From contig JBAQGL010000007.1 in assembly GCA_049287785.1 (NCBI GenBank), forward strand, positions 1-55,738: 55,738 bases of DNA. Reading direction: 5' to 3'. The DNA is from Candidatus Dormiibacterota bacterium (lineage in GTDB: Bacteria; Chloroflexota; Dormibacteria; Aeolococcales; Aeolococcaceae). Within the stretch, counting starts at the first letter, position 1. Each line of letters begins with the position of its first letter. The notes under the pieces are model-generated. The model had not been told where the DNA came from. It worked only from the letters and a program-made list of their open reading frames with translations, and made no database searches. This document shows, piece by piece, positions 45,730 through 55,634 of the stretch. The position numbers and the translations under genes were made by a program.

Positions 45730-46338
45730 GTGCGGTACGGAAAGGGTGCACCAGTGAGCGCGCACGGCAGGCTCATCGTCCTGACCGGGCCGAGCGGTGT
45801 CGGCAAGGACACCGTGCTGCGCGAGCTGTTCGCCCTCGACCCGTCGCTCGAGTACTGCGTCTCGTATACGACTCGCCCGCCGCGGCCCGGCGAGATCGAG
45901 GGGGTCTCGTATTTCTTCGTCGATGAGCCGACGTTCCGGGCGATGATCGATCGCGGCGAGTTCTTCGAGTGGTCGACCGTCTACGGCGAGCTGAAGGGCC
46001 GGACGTTCGAGACGGTGAACAGGTCGATCGCCTCCGGAAAGGACACGGTCATCAAGATCGACGTCCAGGGCGCCGAGAAGGTGCGCGCCCGGACGGGCGG
46101 CGACGGGATCTACATCTTCCTGCTGCCCCCGAGCCTCGATGCGCTCGAGCAGCGGCTTATCGAGCGGGGGACCGAGGACGCGACAAGCCTCCGGGCGCGT
46201 CGCGAGCGCGCCGTCGCCGAGCTTGCCCTCAAGGACACGTACGATCATCAGGTGGTGAACGATGATGCGAGGCGCGCAGCGGAGGAGATCGAGGCGATCA
46301 TCGAGGCGGCCCGGGCGAGCCGCGGAGGCGCGGCGTGA
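45730..46338 (+). CDS. gmk: Guanylate kinase
   Basis: LIVLTGPSGVGKDTV and YCVSYTTRPPRPGEIEGVSYFFV. GTG start at 45730 or 45754. Confidence 0.93.
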   Translation: MRYGKGAPVSAHGRLIVLTGPSGVGKDTVLRELFALDPSLEYCVSYTTRPPRPGEIEGVSYFFVDEPTFRAMIDRGEFFEWSTVYGELKGRTFETVNRSIASGKDTVIKIDVQGAEKVRARTGGDGIYIFLLPPSLDALEQRLIERGTEDATSLRARRERAVAELALKDTYDHQVVNDDARRAAEEIEAIIEAARASRGGAA

Positions 46339-46904
46339 CCGGGCCGCTCGAGGGCCGTCGCGTCCTGGTCGGAGTCGGCGGCAGCGTGGCGGCATTCAAG
46401 GCCTGCCAGGTGGTGACCGATCTCCGCCGCGACGGCGCCGAGGTCAAGGTCGCGATGACCGAGGCCGCGACGCATTTCGTGACACCGACCCTGCTCCGCG
46501 CCCTCAGCGGGCATCGAGTCGCGTCCAGCATGTGGGAGGACGAGCCCACCGAGGCCGGCCACGGCATGACCCACCTCGACCTGGCGTCCTGGTGCGAGGT
46601 GCAGGTGGTCGTCGCCGCCTCGGCGGATCTCATCGCGCGTCTCGCACTGGGCCTCGCCGGTGACGCTGTGACCGCCACGGCGCTGGCCTGCCGCGCGCCG
46701 CTGTTCGTGGCGCCGGCCATGGAATCCGCCATGTGGGAGCACCCGGCGACGCAGGGCAACACGGCGACCCTGGTCGCGCGCGGAGCGCGAATCCTCGGCC
46801 CCGTGTATGGACGCCTGGCAAGCGGCCACGAGAGCTCCGGCCGAATGGTCGAGCCCGACGTGATCGTGTCCGCGGTGAGGGAGCTCCTTGTCGGCGGGGC
46901 CTGA
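46335..46904 (+). CDS. coaC: Phosphopantothenoylcysteine decarboxylase (CoaC-type flavoprotein), a separate ORF
   Basis: RVLVGVGGSVAAFKACQVVTDLRRDGAEV.V.MTEAA..FVTP is the flavoprotein motif. The GTG start overlaps the gmk stop. Confidence 0.85.
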   Translation: MTGPLEGRRVLVGVGGSVAAFKACQVVTDLRRDGAEVKVAMTEAATHFVTPTLLRALSGHRVASSMWEDEPTEAGHGMTHLDLASWCEVQVVVAASADLIARLALGLAGDAVTATALACRAPLFVAPAMESAMWEHPATQGNTATLVARGARILGPVYGRLASGHESSGRMVEPDVIVSAVRELLVGGA

Positions 46905-47559
46905 CCCCACCATCAACGGCCTGCGCTTCGTGGTCACCGCGGGTGGAACCCGAGAACCGATCGACCCGGTGCGCTTCATCGGCAATCGATCGAGCGGGAA
47001 GATGGGCAACGCGCTCGCAATGGCCGCCCTCCGTCGGGGAGCGACGGTCACGCTGGTGACCGCGGCTCCGGCGCCGGCTGTGCAACCCGGGCTCGACATC
47101 GTGGAGGTGGAAACCGCCGCCGACATGCACGACGCCGTGCGCGCCGCCCTCGCGGATGCGGACGTCCTTGTCATGGCCGCGGCCGTCGCGGACTGGCGTC
47201 CGCGCGACGTTGCGGCCAACAAGTTGAAGAAGGGGGCGGAGACCCTCACGATCGAGTTGGTCCCGACCGTGGACATCCTTCGCGCGCTGGGGGATGACGA
47301 TGTGACCAAGGACGTCTTCGTGGTGGGATTCGCCGCGGAGACGGAGCACGTGATCGACAACGCACGCGCAAAGCTCGACGCCAAAGACCTCGACCTCATC
47401 GTCGTCAACGACGTCTCCCGGGAAGGCATCGGCATGGGCGCGGACGACAACGAGGTCACCGTCATCGCCCGCGACGGCACCGTGGAGACCATCGCGCGCG
47501 CGCCCAAGAGCGATGTTGCCGATGAGATCGTGCGCATCGTCGCGAGCAGAGTGCGATGA
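46888..47559 (+). CDS. coaB: Phosphopantothenate-cysteine ligase (CoaB), a separate ORF in another frame
   Basis: VVTAGGTREPIDPVRFIGNRSSGKMG and AAAVADWRP. The only start available is TTG 46888, 17 nt inside coaC. See findings. Confidence 0.8.
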   Translation: MSAGPDPTINGLRFVVTAGGTREPIDPVRFIGNRSSGKMGNALAMAALRRGATVTLVTAAPAPAVQPGLDIVEVETAADMHDAVRAALADADVLVMAAAVADWRPRDVAANKLKKGAETLTIELVPTVDILRALGDDDVTKDVFVVGFAAETEHVIDNARAKLDAKDLDLIVVNDVSREGIGMGADDNEVTVIARDGTVETIARAPKSDVADEIVRIVASRVR

Positions 47560-49547
47560 CGTTCGCATCGGTCGTCCCGGAGACGCGCTCGCAGCTGCCC
47601 CGCGACGCGTACACCTACTCCATTCCCGACGATCTCGCCGAGCTCGTCCTCCCCGGCGTGCGGGTCGAGATCCCGTTTGGCAAGCGAACGATTCTCGGGT
47701 ACGTCGTGGACCGATCCGAGGAGACGGAATTCGCGGAAGTTCGTGCCATTGACGGCGTCATCGACGAGCCGCGGCTGATCCTCGATCACCACATCGCCCT
47801 GGCGCGCCAGATCGCGGATCGATACTGCGCGCCCCTCGGCGAGGTGCTGCGGGCGATGCTGCCGAAGGGGGTTCGCACCCGTCCGTCGCGTCGCTCCGGA
47901 CCGAGGTCGGTCTCGCGTGCGGTCGCGGAAGCCGATGTCGCCGGGCCTGCCGAATCACCGCCGACGCTCAACGACGCGCAACGCGCCGCTGTCGTCCCGC
48001 TGCTCGAGGCCATCGCAACCCGGACGCATCGGCGAGTCCTGCTGCACGGCGTGACCGGCAGTGGCAAGACCGAGGTCTATCTCGCCGGTATTGACGCGGC
48101 CCTCGCCGCGGGGCGCGGCGCGATCGTGCTGGTGCCCGAGATCGCCTTGACGCCGCAGATGATTCGCCGGTTCGCGGTGCGCTTTCCGGGTCAGATCGCG
48201 GTGGTGCACTCGGCGCTCACCGATGCAGAGCGCGCGGCCGAGTGGCGGCGCATCCGCAATGGTGAGCACTCCGTCGTCATCGGCTCACGGAGCGCCGTCT
48301 TCGCACCGGTCGTCGACCTCGGCATCGTCGTCGTCGACGAGGAGGATGCACCCGCGTACAAGCAGGATCGCGTTCCCCGCTATCACGCCGTCGACGTCGC
48401 GCTGATGCTGGGAACGCTGTGCAACGCACCGGTGGTCATGGGGAGTGCGACGCCGCGCGTCGAGAGCTTCTTCCGCGCCCACACCGGCGATCTCGAGCTG
48501 GTCACGCTCCCGGAACGCGTGAGCGGCCGTCCCCTGCCACCGATCGAGGTTGTCGACCTGCGCGATGAGTTGCAGGCGGGCAACACCAACGCGCTTTCGC
48601 TGACGCTCGATCGCGCCATGCAGGAATGTCACGCGGATGGTGGCCAGTCGATCCTCTTCCTCAACCGTCGCGGCACGTCGACGGTGGTGCTCTGCAGAAC
48701 ATGTGGCGAAGCGCTCACGTGCCGAAACTGCAGCGTCTCGCTGGTGCACCACGTGGACCGAGCAAGCTGCGACTGCCACTATTGCGGCCTGTCGATCCCG
48801 CTGCCGGCGGCGTGTCCCACGTGCGGGTCACGCACCATCCGCGCGCTCGGCATGGGCACGGAGCGTCTCGAGCGTGAGGTGCGTGAGCGCTTCCCGGCGC
48901 TGCGCCTCATCCGCATGGATCGCGACACGACGCGATCGCGTGACGCTTACTTCGACATCTACGACCGATTCCGACGCCATGAGGCTGACTGCCTCATCGG
49001 GACCCAGATGGTTGCGAAGGGTTGGGACCTCGGCAACGTGCGGCTCGTCGGCATCGTCAACGCGGACACGTCACTGCACTTCCCCGACTACCGCAGCGGC
49101 GAGCTGACCTTCTCGCTGCTGACCCAGGTCGCCGGACGCGCAGGCCGCGGCGACGAGCCGGCGCGCGTGGTGCTGCAGACCTACAGCCCGGGTCACTACG
49201 CGGTCCGGCATGCGATCACGCATGACTATCTCGGCTTTGCACGAGATGAGATCCGCGTACGGAAGGCGCTGCGATTTCCACCGTATGCCCGTCTGTGCGT
49301 CTGCACCTTCGCGCACAAGGACGACCATGAGGCCGAGATCGAGGTTCGCCGGGAGGCCCGGCGAGTGTCTGATACACTCGGAATTGGTGCCGGGCTCGAT
49401 GTCCTTGGTCCGACACCGGCGTTCCTTCACCGCCTCCGTGGCGAATACCGCTGGCAGATCACGGTGCGAGGCACAGATATCGAGAGGGCATTTCCTCACC
49501 TTCCCAGGGCTCGGGGCTGGAGCATCGACGTCGACCCCGGGGCGTGA
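47556..49547 (+). CDS. priA: Primosomal protein N' (replication restart helicase PriA)
   Basis: LLHGVTGSGKTEVY and VVDEEDAPAYKQ. Zinc-binding Cys cluster CRTCGEALTCRNCSVSLVHH...CDCHYCG...CPTCGS. Confidence 0.93.
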   Translation: MTFASVVPETRSQLPRDAYTYSIPDDLAELVLPGVRVEIPFGKRTILGYVVDRSEETEFAEVRAIDGVIDEPRLILDHHIALARQIADRYCAPLGEVLRAMLPKGVRTRPSRRSGPRSVSRAVAEADVAGPAESPPTLNDAQRAAVVPLLEAIATRTHRRVLLHGVTGSGKTEVYLAGIDAALAAGRGAIVLVPEIALTPQMIRRFAVRFPGQIAVVHSALTDAERAAEWRRIRNGEHSVVIGSRSAVFAPVVDLGIVVVDEEDAPAYKQDRVPRYHAVDVALMLGTLCNAPVVMGSATPRVESFFRAHTGDLELVTLPERVSGRPLPPIEVVDLRDELQAGNTNALSLTLDRAMQECHADGGQSILFLNRRGTSTVVLCRTCGEALTCRNCSVSLVHHVDRASCDCHYCGLSIPLPAACPTCGSRTIRALGMGTERLEREVRERFPALRLIRMDRDTTRSRDAYFDIYDRFRRHEADCLIGTQMVAKGWDLGNVRLVGIVNADTSLHFPDYRSGELTFSLLTQVAGRAGRGDEPARVVLQTYSPGHYAVRHAITHDYLGFARDEIRVRKALRFPPYARLCVCTFAHKDDHEAEIEVRREARRVSDTLGIGAGLDVLGPTPAFLHRLRGEYRWQITVRGTDIERAFPHLPRARGWSIDVDPGA

Positions 49548-50071
49548 ACGGAGACATAAGCGTGGCAGTCCTTCCCATCGTCCTGGTCTCGGACCACAAC
49601 GACGTGCTCACCACCAAGGCAATCCGCGTGCCGCGGGTTGACGATGAGATACGCCGTCTCATGGACGACATGGTCGAGACGATGTTCGAGGCCAACGGCG
49701 TCGGTCTCGCCGCCCCGCAGGTCGGGGTGTCGCTGCGGGTCATCGTGCTGCGCGTCGACAACCAGATCTATCAGCTCGCCAACCCGGAGATGGTCCGGAC
49801 CGATGGCGACCAGACCGGGTTCGAGGGCTGCCTGTCGGTGCCGGGATGGGTCGGCGAGGTCACCCGTCGCATGCGCGTCGTCGCCAAGGGCCTCAACCGT
49901 CATGGCAAGGAGGTCCGCGTCAAGGGCGACGGCCTCCTGGCCAGGGCCGTGCAGCACGAGCTGGATCACCTGGACGGCATCCTCTTCACGAGCCGGGTGA
50001 ACGAGGGGACCCTGCGCGAGGTCGAACCGGCAGAGGAGGCTGAGGAGCCCGGCGTCGTCAGCGCTGTGTGA
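49544..50071 (+). CDS. def: Peptide deformylase
   Basis: GVGLAAPQVG, EGCLSVPG and QHELDHLDG. The start is GTG 49544 or GTG 49562. Confidence 0.93.
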   Translation: MNGDISVAVLPIVLVSDHNDVLTTKAIRVPRVDDEIRRLMDDMVETMFEANGVGLAAPQVGVSLRVIVLRVDNQIYQLANPEMVRTDGDQTGFEGCLSVPGWVGEVTRRMRVVAKGLNRHGKEVRVKGDGLLARAVQHELDHLDGILFTSRVNEGTLREVEPAEEAEEPGVVSAV

Positions 50072-50988
50072 GGCTCGTCTTCTGTGGCACCGCCCTCTTT
50101 GCGGTGCCGTCGCTCAGGGCTTGCGCCGCCCATCATGAGGTCGCGGCGGTGGTCACCCGTGCGGACCGGGCCGGGAGCCGAGGACGGCCGGCGCCGCGCC
50201 CGGTGGCCGATGCAGCGCGTGACCTGGGGCTCGACCTCCTCACTCCAGCACGGATCGGCGCGCCTCAGGTGGTGGCAGACCTGCTCGCGCTCTCCCCGGA
50301 TTGCCTGGTCGTCGCCGCGTACGGCCAGATCCTCCCGCCTGCGCTGATCGACCCGCCGGGGCACGGTGCGGTCAACGTCCACGCATCGCTGCTTCCGCGC
50401 TGGCGTGGCGCATCACCCATCGCCCACGCGATCCTCGCCGGCGATTCGGAGACGGGCGTCTCGATCATGCGCATGGAAGCTGGTCTCGACACCGGGCCGG
50501 TCTATTCGATGGCGCGCGTTCCGATCGACGGTAGGGCGACGACTCCTGCGCTCACCGCCACACTCGCCGACCTGGGGGCTCGGGAGCTGGTCCCGGTGCT
50601 TGCTGCGATCGAGCGTGGGACGGCGGTCGCGACGCCGCAGCCCGAGGAGGGGGTGACGCATGCGCCGCGCCTCACCCGTTCTGACGGTTTGGTCGACTGG
50701 GCAGGGCGCTCCGCGGTCGAGGTCGATCGGATGGTGCGTGCCCTCCAGCCCTGGCCCGGCGTGCGCGCGCCGATGGACGGAGCCGACGTCCAGATCCAGG
50801 CGGGCGGCGTCGCGGAGGTCGATCCGGATGCGGCCGTTGGGGCGATCGCGCGCCGCGAGGGTGAGTCCGTGGTGATGGCGACCCGGGATGGCGGGTATCG
50901 CGTCGACCTGATCACGCCTCCCGGCAAGCGCGCCATGACGCCGGCGGCGTTCCTGCGCGGCCGGCATCACGGCGAGGCGAATCGCTGA
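50068..50988 (+). CDS. fmt: Methionyl-tRNA formyltransferase
   Basis: MRLVFCGTALFAVPSL, AVNVHASLLPRWRGASPI and TGVSIMRMEAGLDTGP. Confidence 0.93.
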   Translation: MRLVFCGTALFAVPSLRACAAHHEVAAVVTRADRAGSRGRPAPRPVADAARDLGLDLLTPARIGAPQVVADLLALSPDCLVVAAYGQILPPALIDPPGHGAVNVHASLLPRWRGASPIAHAILAGDSETGVSIMRMEAGLDTGPVYSMARVPIDGRATTPALTATLADLGARELVPVLAAIERGTAVATPQPEEGVTHAPRLTRSDGLVDWAGRSAVEVDRMVRALQPWPGVRAPMDGADVQIQAGGVAEVDPDAAVGAIARREGESVVMATRDGGYRVDLITPPGKRAMTPAAFLRGRHHGEANR

Positions 50989-51452
50989 TGCCACCGGCAC
51001 GAAAGCCAGGGGACAACACCCTCGCCGTCAATCGCCGGGCGCGCTACGAGTACAGCATCGTCGAGACGCTCGAGGCCGGCATCGAGTTGACCGGTACCGA
51101 GGTGAAGTCATTGAGGACGGGTCGCATCCAGCTGCGCGAGGGCTACGTGCGCGTGGAGAACGGGCAGGCGTGGCTGATGCAGGTGAACATCGCCTCGTAC
51201 CAGCACGGCAACCGGAACAACCCCGAGCCTGAGCGGCGCCGGCGGCTCCTGCTGCACAAGCGCGAGATCGAGTATCTCGACGGTCGCGTGCGTACCCAGG
51301 GCCTCACGATCATCCCGCTGAAGCTGTATCTGGTGCGCAACCGGGTCAAGGTCGAGATCGGGCTTGCGCGAGGCAAGAAGCTCTGGGACAAGCGCCAGGA
51401 TGTTGCCAAGCGTGACGCCGAGCGGGACATGGAGCGCGCGATCAAGCGCTGA
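50988..51452 (+). CDS. smpB: SsrA-binding protein
   Basis: NRRARYEYSI.E..EAGIELTGTEVKSLR and RRRLLLHKREI. The ATG overlaps the fmt stop (TGATG). Confidence 0.95.
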   Translation: MPPARKPGDNTLAVNRRARYEYSIVETLEAGIELTGTEVKSLRTGRIQLREGYVRVENGQAWLMQVNIASYQHGNRNNPEPERRRRLLLHKREIEYLDGRVRTQGLTIIPLKLYLVRNRVKVEIGLARGKKLWDKRQDVAKRDAERDMERAIKR

Positions 51453-51464
51453 TCGCGTTGCTGA

Positions 51465-52688
51465 TCAGCCGGTCGCGGTACGAAACTCGGTTGGCGATGG
51501 TGCGGCCTGGGACGCGGCGCTCGGACGGTTGGCCTTGATATCAGGGACGACCTGGGCTGCAAGGGCGTCGATGCGCTGGCGGAGCTCTCGCAAGCCGGTT
51601 CCGCGGGTCGCGCTCACCGCCAGCGCCGACACGCCGGCGACATCCCCGAGGCGCAGCCGGGCCGCCCGAACCTCCGAAGCGGTCAGGCGATCGATCTTGC
51701 TCAGCGCGAGGATCATCGGCTGATCGCACTCCATCGACCGTAAGGTCTCGAGCACGGTAACCAGCTGCTGCTCCGCGTCGGGGTGCGAGGCGTCGACCAC
51801 GAGACAGAGCATGTGCGCCTGGCGCACCTCCTCGAGGGTTGCGGCGAAGGCTTCGACGAGCTCCGTCGGCAGCTTCTGGATGAACCCGACCGTGTCGGTG
51901 AGGATGACCAGCTTGCCGGACGGCAATTCCAGCCGGCGGGAGGTGGGGTCCAGCGTTGCGAAGAGGAGGTCGTCGGCGAGGACCTGGCTGTGAGTGAGGA
52001 CGTTGAGCAGCGTGGACTTGCCCGCGTTCGTATAGCCGACCAGCGCGCACGATGCCAGCGGAACGTTGGTCCGAGCAGTCCGCCGCGTCCGGCGCTGGCG
52101 TTCGATCACCACCAGGCGTTCGCGCAGGCGCTTGAGCTGCTGGCGGATGAGCCGCCGGTCGACCTCGATCTGCTTCTCACCAGGACCGCCTCTCAGCCCC
52201 ACGCCGCCGCGCTGGCGCTCGAGGTGGGACCAGCCGCCGGCGAGGCGGGGGAGGAGATGCTCCAACTGCGCCATCTCGACCTGCACCCGGCCCTCGGCAG
52301 TGATCGCGCGGCGGGCGAAGATGGCAAGGATGACCTCGGTGCGGTCGAGCACTGGGACGCCCCACTCCTCCTGGAGGTTGCGCTGCTGGCGCGGTGTGAG
52401 TTGATCGTTGCAGAGCACCGCCGGGCTGTCGAGCTCGGCGAGATGGGAGGCGAAGGCAGCGACGACGCCGGAGCGGAAGAAGGTTGCGGGATGGGGTTCG
52501 CGGAGCGAGATCAGGCTCCGCTCGAGCACCTCGGTGCCGAGCGTCCGAGCCAGTTCCTCGAGCTCGTCGAGCTCGATGTCTCGCTGCTCGCGCTCGTCGC
52601 GTCCGGAGGCAGTCCCGATGACGATCACGCGCTTCAGCTTTGTGCCGACAGCCGGGTCAGCCCCAGACGGCGCGTCGAAATGGGGCAA
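51465..52688 (-). CDS. hflX: GTPase HflX
   Basis: The HflX N-domain is LIL.IFA.RA.T.EG..QVE.AQL....PRL. G1 motif ALVGYTNAGKSTL. Then DTVGFIQKLP and LSKID. Confidence 0.92.
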   Translation of the reverse strand: MPHFDAPSGADPAVGTKLKRVIVIGTASGRDEREQRDIELDELEELARTLGTEVLERSLISLREPHPATFFRSGVVAAFASHLAELDSPAVLCNDQLTPRQQRNLQEEWGVPVLDRTEVILAIFARRAITAEGRVQVEMAQLEHLLPRLAGGWSHLERQRGGVGLRGGPGEKQIEVDRRLIRQQLKRLRERLVVIERQRRTRRTARTNVPLASCALVGYTNAGKSTLLNVLTHSQVLADDLLFATLDPTSRRLELPSGKLVILTDTVGFIQKLPTELVEAFAATLEEVRQAHMLCLVVDASHPDAEQQLVTVLETLRSMECDQPMILALSKIDRLTASEVRAARLRLGDVAGVSALAVSATRGTGLRELRQRIDALAAQVVPDIKANRPSAASQAAPSPTEFRTATG

Positions 52689-52779
52689 CTAGCGGGTCAC
52701 CGGTCCGGCCATCACCTGGAGCACATGCTCAGCCTAGCAACGGCGCCCGCCGTCTGCTGAGGTTCGACGTCCCAGTGCC

Positions 52780-54024
52780 TCACATCGATGGTGCAGCGGC
52801 GGGGATCTTGAGCTGGATGAGCGCGCTCCCGGCCAGGGTGAGCCCGGCAGCGACCAGGATCGCGAAGGTGGTGGAGACGCCGAGGACCGGCCCCGCGAGC
52901 GCGGAGCCGATCGGCACGCCCGAGAAGTTCAGCGCCATCGACACTGCGAAGGCTCGACCGAACCACGCGCGTGCGGTGCGCCGCTGGCGTAGCGAGAAGG
53001 CGCTGACGCTGGAAGCCGCGTCCGCGCCGCCGGCGATTGCGATACCGATGGCGATGACTGCCAGCGACGGCACGAGGAGCGCGAGGACCGCAATACCCAT
53101 GATCGCGCCGAAGCCGGATATCGACTCGCGCTCGCGTCCTTCCGTCCGGATCCTGCCGGCGATCAGCGCCGCCGGCACCCCGGCCGCTCCCCCCAGCGCG
53201 AGAATCAGGCCGACCACCGCGGCGTTGCCGTGGAGGTGGAAGACGACCACGGGCAGCGCGACCATCACGATGCCCCACCCGACGTTGAGCGTGGAGAAAC
53301 CCATCGCGATCCATCGCAGGGTGCGATTGGTGACGACATACACGAGCCCTCGCAAGGCTTCGACCAGGATCCTGCCCGACACGTCGGCGGAGTGGGCGGG
53401 CTCACCGACCCCCTGCAGCGCGATGGCGCCGGCCACGTATCCGACAGCCGCGCCCGCCAGCGCTGCCTCGCTGCCGAGGAGTGCGATGAGCGCCCCGGCG
53501 AGCGCGGGGCCGGTGATGTTCGCGACGCCGAAGCACACGCTGTCGGCGGCGTTGCCCCGATCCCAGAGATCGCGCGGCACGATCAGTGGGAAAAACGAGC
53601 GGGCGCCGGCGATGCTCAATGTGCTCGTGAGCGAGCCCGCGACCAGGACGACGTAGAGGGCCCAGACCGGGAGCAGGTCGGCTGCGGCGAGGACCACGAT
53701 GGTGATCAGGCAGACCGCTGCCACGGTGAAGTCCAGGGTCATGAGCCGCTTGCGTCCGTGACGATCGAGCAGCGCCCCCGCGACCGGGCTCAGCAGCAGG
53801 CCGGGAAAGATGAGCAGGAAAAGGCTCACGCCGGCGACGCTCGGTGAGTGATACCGCTGCAGCGCGAAGAGAACAAGACCGACCGTCCACATCTGCGACG
53901 CCGTCCGGGTGAGCAGCGAGCTGATGAGCAGTTGCCGGAACCCGGGCAGGCGCAGCAGCCTGCGATACGTGGCGGGGGATGCGACAACGCCTTGTTCTGT
54001 GGTCATTTCGGTGGTTGTGGACAT
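52780..54024 (-). CDS. MFS transporter
   Basis: About 12 hydrophobic segments. MFS loop motif GALLDRHGRKRLM. The start is ATG 54024, or upstream at 54078. Confidence 0.8.
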   Translation of the reverse strand: MSTTTEMTTEQGVVASPATYRRLLRLPGFRQLLISSLLTRTASQMWTVGLVLFALQRYHSPSVAGVSLFLLIFPGLLLSPVAGALLDRHGRKRLMTLDFTVAAVCLITIVVLAAADLLPVWALYVVLVAGSLTSTLSIAGARSFFPLIVPRDLWDRGNAADSVCFGVANITGPALAGALIALLGSEAALAGAAVGYVAGAIALQGVGEPAHSADVSGRILVEALRGLVYVVTNRTLRWIAMGFSTLNVGWGIVMVALPVVVFHLHGNAAVVGLILALGGAAGVPAALIAGRIRTEGRERESISGFGAIMGIAVLALLVPSLAVIAIGIAIAGGADAASSVSAFSLRQRRTARAWFGRAFAVSMALNFSGVPIGSALAGPVLGVSTTFAILVAAGLTLAGSALIQLKIPAAAPSM

Positions 54025-54242
54025 GCAGGATCGCTCGAGCCCTGGGCGTGCGGCGACGTCTCGACGGTATGCACGCATCCAAGCCTAACGCCCGCGCGGT
54101 TTTTCCCGCGGATCGAACGAGGGACCGCCATGCGCGGGTCGGTGCCTGCGTGGTCGCACACTCACCCCCTGGCGACGCGGTAGGCTCGGAGGCCGCGAGC
54201 CGCACTGCGACGAGAGCGCCGCCGGCCCGCTGAGGTGTCCAG

Positions 54243-55523
54243 GTGAACGCGACCGCAAACGCGCCTGTTATCAGCGCGCCCATAGAAAACCCGTGGCATA
54301 ACGCCCAACGGCAGTTTGACGAGGCTGCTGAGTTGACCCATCTCGAATCGGGTCTTCGTGCCGTGCTCCGCGAGGTAAAGCGTCAGCTCATCGTCAGCTT
54401 CCCGGTGAAGATGGACGACGGCTCGGTGCGCGTCTTCGAAGGCTACCGCGTTCAGCACAACATGGCCCGAGGACCGGCCAAGGGCGGCATCCGGTATCAC
54501 CAGGGGGTGACCCTTGACGAGGTAAAGGCCCTCGCAATGTGGATGACCTGGAAGTGCGCGATCGCAGGATTGCCGTTCGGGGGCGCCAAGGGCGGAATCG
54601 TCGTCGACCCGAAGCAGCTCAGCGAGGGCGAGCTCGAGCGGATGACCCGGCGCTATGCGACCGAGATCAGCGTCATCATCGGCCCCGAGTACGACATCCC
54701 CGCTCCCGACGTCAACACCTCACCAAAGATCATGGCCTGGATCATGGACACGATCTCGATGGAGCAGGGGTTTTCGGTTCCCGCGGTGGTCACGGGAAAA
54801 CCACTCTCCGTGGGTGGCAGCCAGGGGCGGAACGCGGCAACCGGGCGGGGGGTGATGTTCGTTGCGCTCGAGGCCTGTGCACGCCTTGGCATCGACCCCA
54901 AGGCGTCGACCGTCGCCATCCAGGGATTCGGGAACGCCGGGTCGATCGCGGCGCGGCTCATGGCAGCGCAGGGCTTCACCATCGTGGCGGTCTCTGACAG
55001 CAGCGGCGCGGTCCACAACGCCGCCGGCCTCGACGTCGATCGGTTGATCGCACACAAGAAGTCGACAGGTAGCGTCAGCGGCTATCCCGGCGCGACCACC
55101 ATCACGGCCGGCGAGGTCCTCGAGGTTCCGTGTGTCGTGCTCGTTCCCGCCGCCCTGGAGAACCAGATCACCGGTGAGAACGCCGGGCGCATTCAGGCTC
55201 GGCTTGTCCTCGAAGCCGCCAACGGACCGATCACGCCGGACGCGGATAGCCTCCTCGAGCAGCGCGGCGTCACCGTGGTGCCTGATGTTCTCGCCAACGC
55301 CGGGGGTGTGACCGTCTCGTACTTCGAGTGGGTGCAGGATCTGCAGTCCTTCTTCTGGGATGAGGATGAGATCAACGCTCGCCTCGAGAAAGTGATGCAC
55401 CGAGCGTTTGCGGAGGTGTGGGACACCTCGAAACAGCATGGGGTATCGCTGCGCACCGGCGCGTACTTCCTGGCCATCGAGCGCGTTGCAGAGGCGACGA
55501 CCGACCGCGGCATCTATCCGTGA
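54243..55523 (+). CDS. gdhA: Glutamate dehydrogenase (Glu/Leu/Phe/Val dehydrogenase family)
   Basis: GPAKGGIRYH, LPFGGAKGG and GFGNAGS (Rossmann fold). 426 aa, GTG start. Confidence 0.92.
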   Translation: MNATANAPVISAPIENPWHNAQRQFDEAAELTHLESGLRAVLREVKRQLIVSFPVKMDDGSVRVFEGYRVQHNMARGPAKGGIRYHQGVTLDEVKALAMWMTWKCAIAGLPFGGAKGGIVVDPKQLSEGELERMTRRYATEISVIIGPEYDIPAPDVNTSPKIMAWIMDTISMEQGFSVPAVVTGKPLSVGGSQGRNAATGRGVMFVALEACARLGIDPKASTVAIQGFGNAGSIAARLMAAQGFTIVAVSDSSGAVHNAAGLDVDRLIAHKKSTGSVSGYPGATTITAGEVLEVPCVVLVPAALENQITGENAGRIQARLVLEAANGPITPDADSLLEQRGVTVVPDVLANAGGVTVSYFEWVQDLQSFFWDEDEINARLEKVMHRAFAEVWDTSKQHGVSLRTGAYFLAIERVAEATTDRGIYP

Positions 55524-55634
55524 TGTGAACGTGGCTCTGCCGTCAACCCTGCCCGTCCACGGTTGGCTGTGTGGCCTGCGGATCGACGCGGTATGATCGT
55601 CGGGCACGCTGATCTCGGACAGCTGCGTTCCCAT

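Noticed and set aside
55563-55597. Promoter for ssrA (TATGAT at 55592-55597).
   Set aside because: A good -10-like hexamer lies about 38 nt upstream of the mature 5' end, but there is no acceptable -35 at 16-19 nt spacing. This is too weak to report as a feature.
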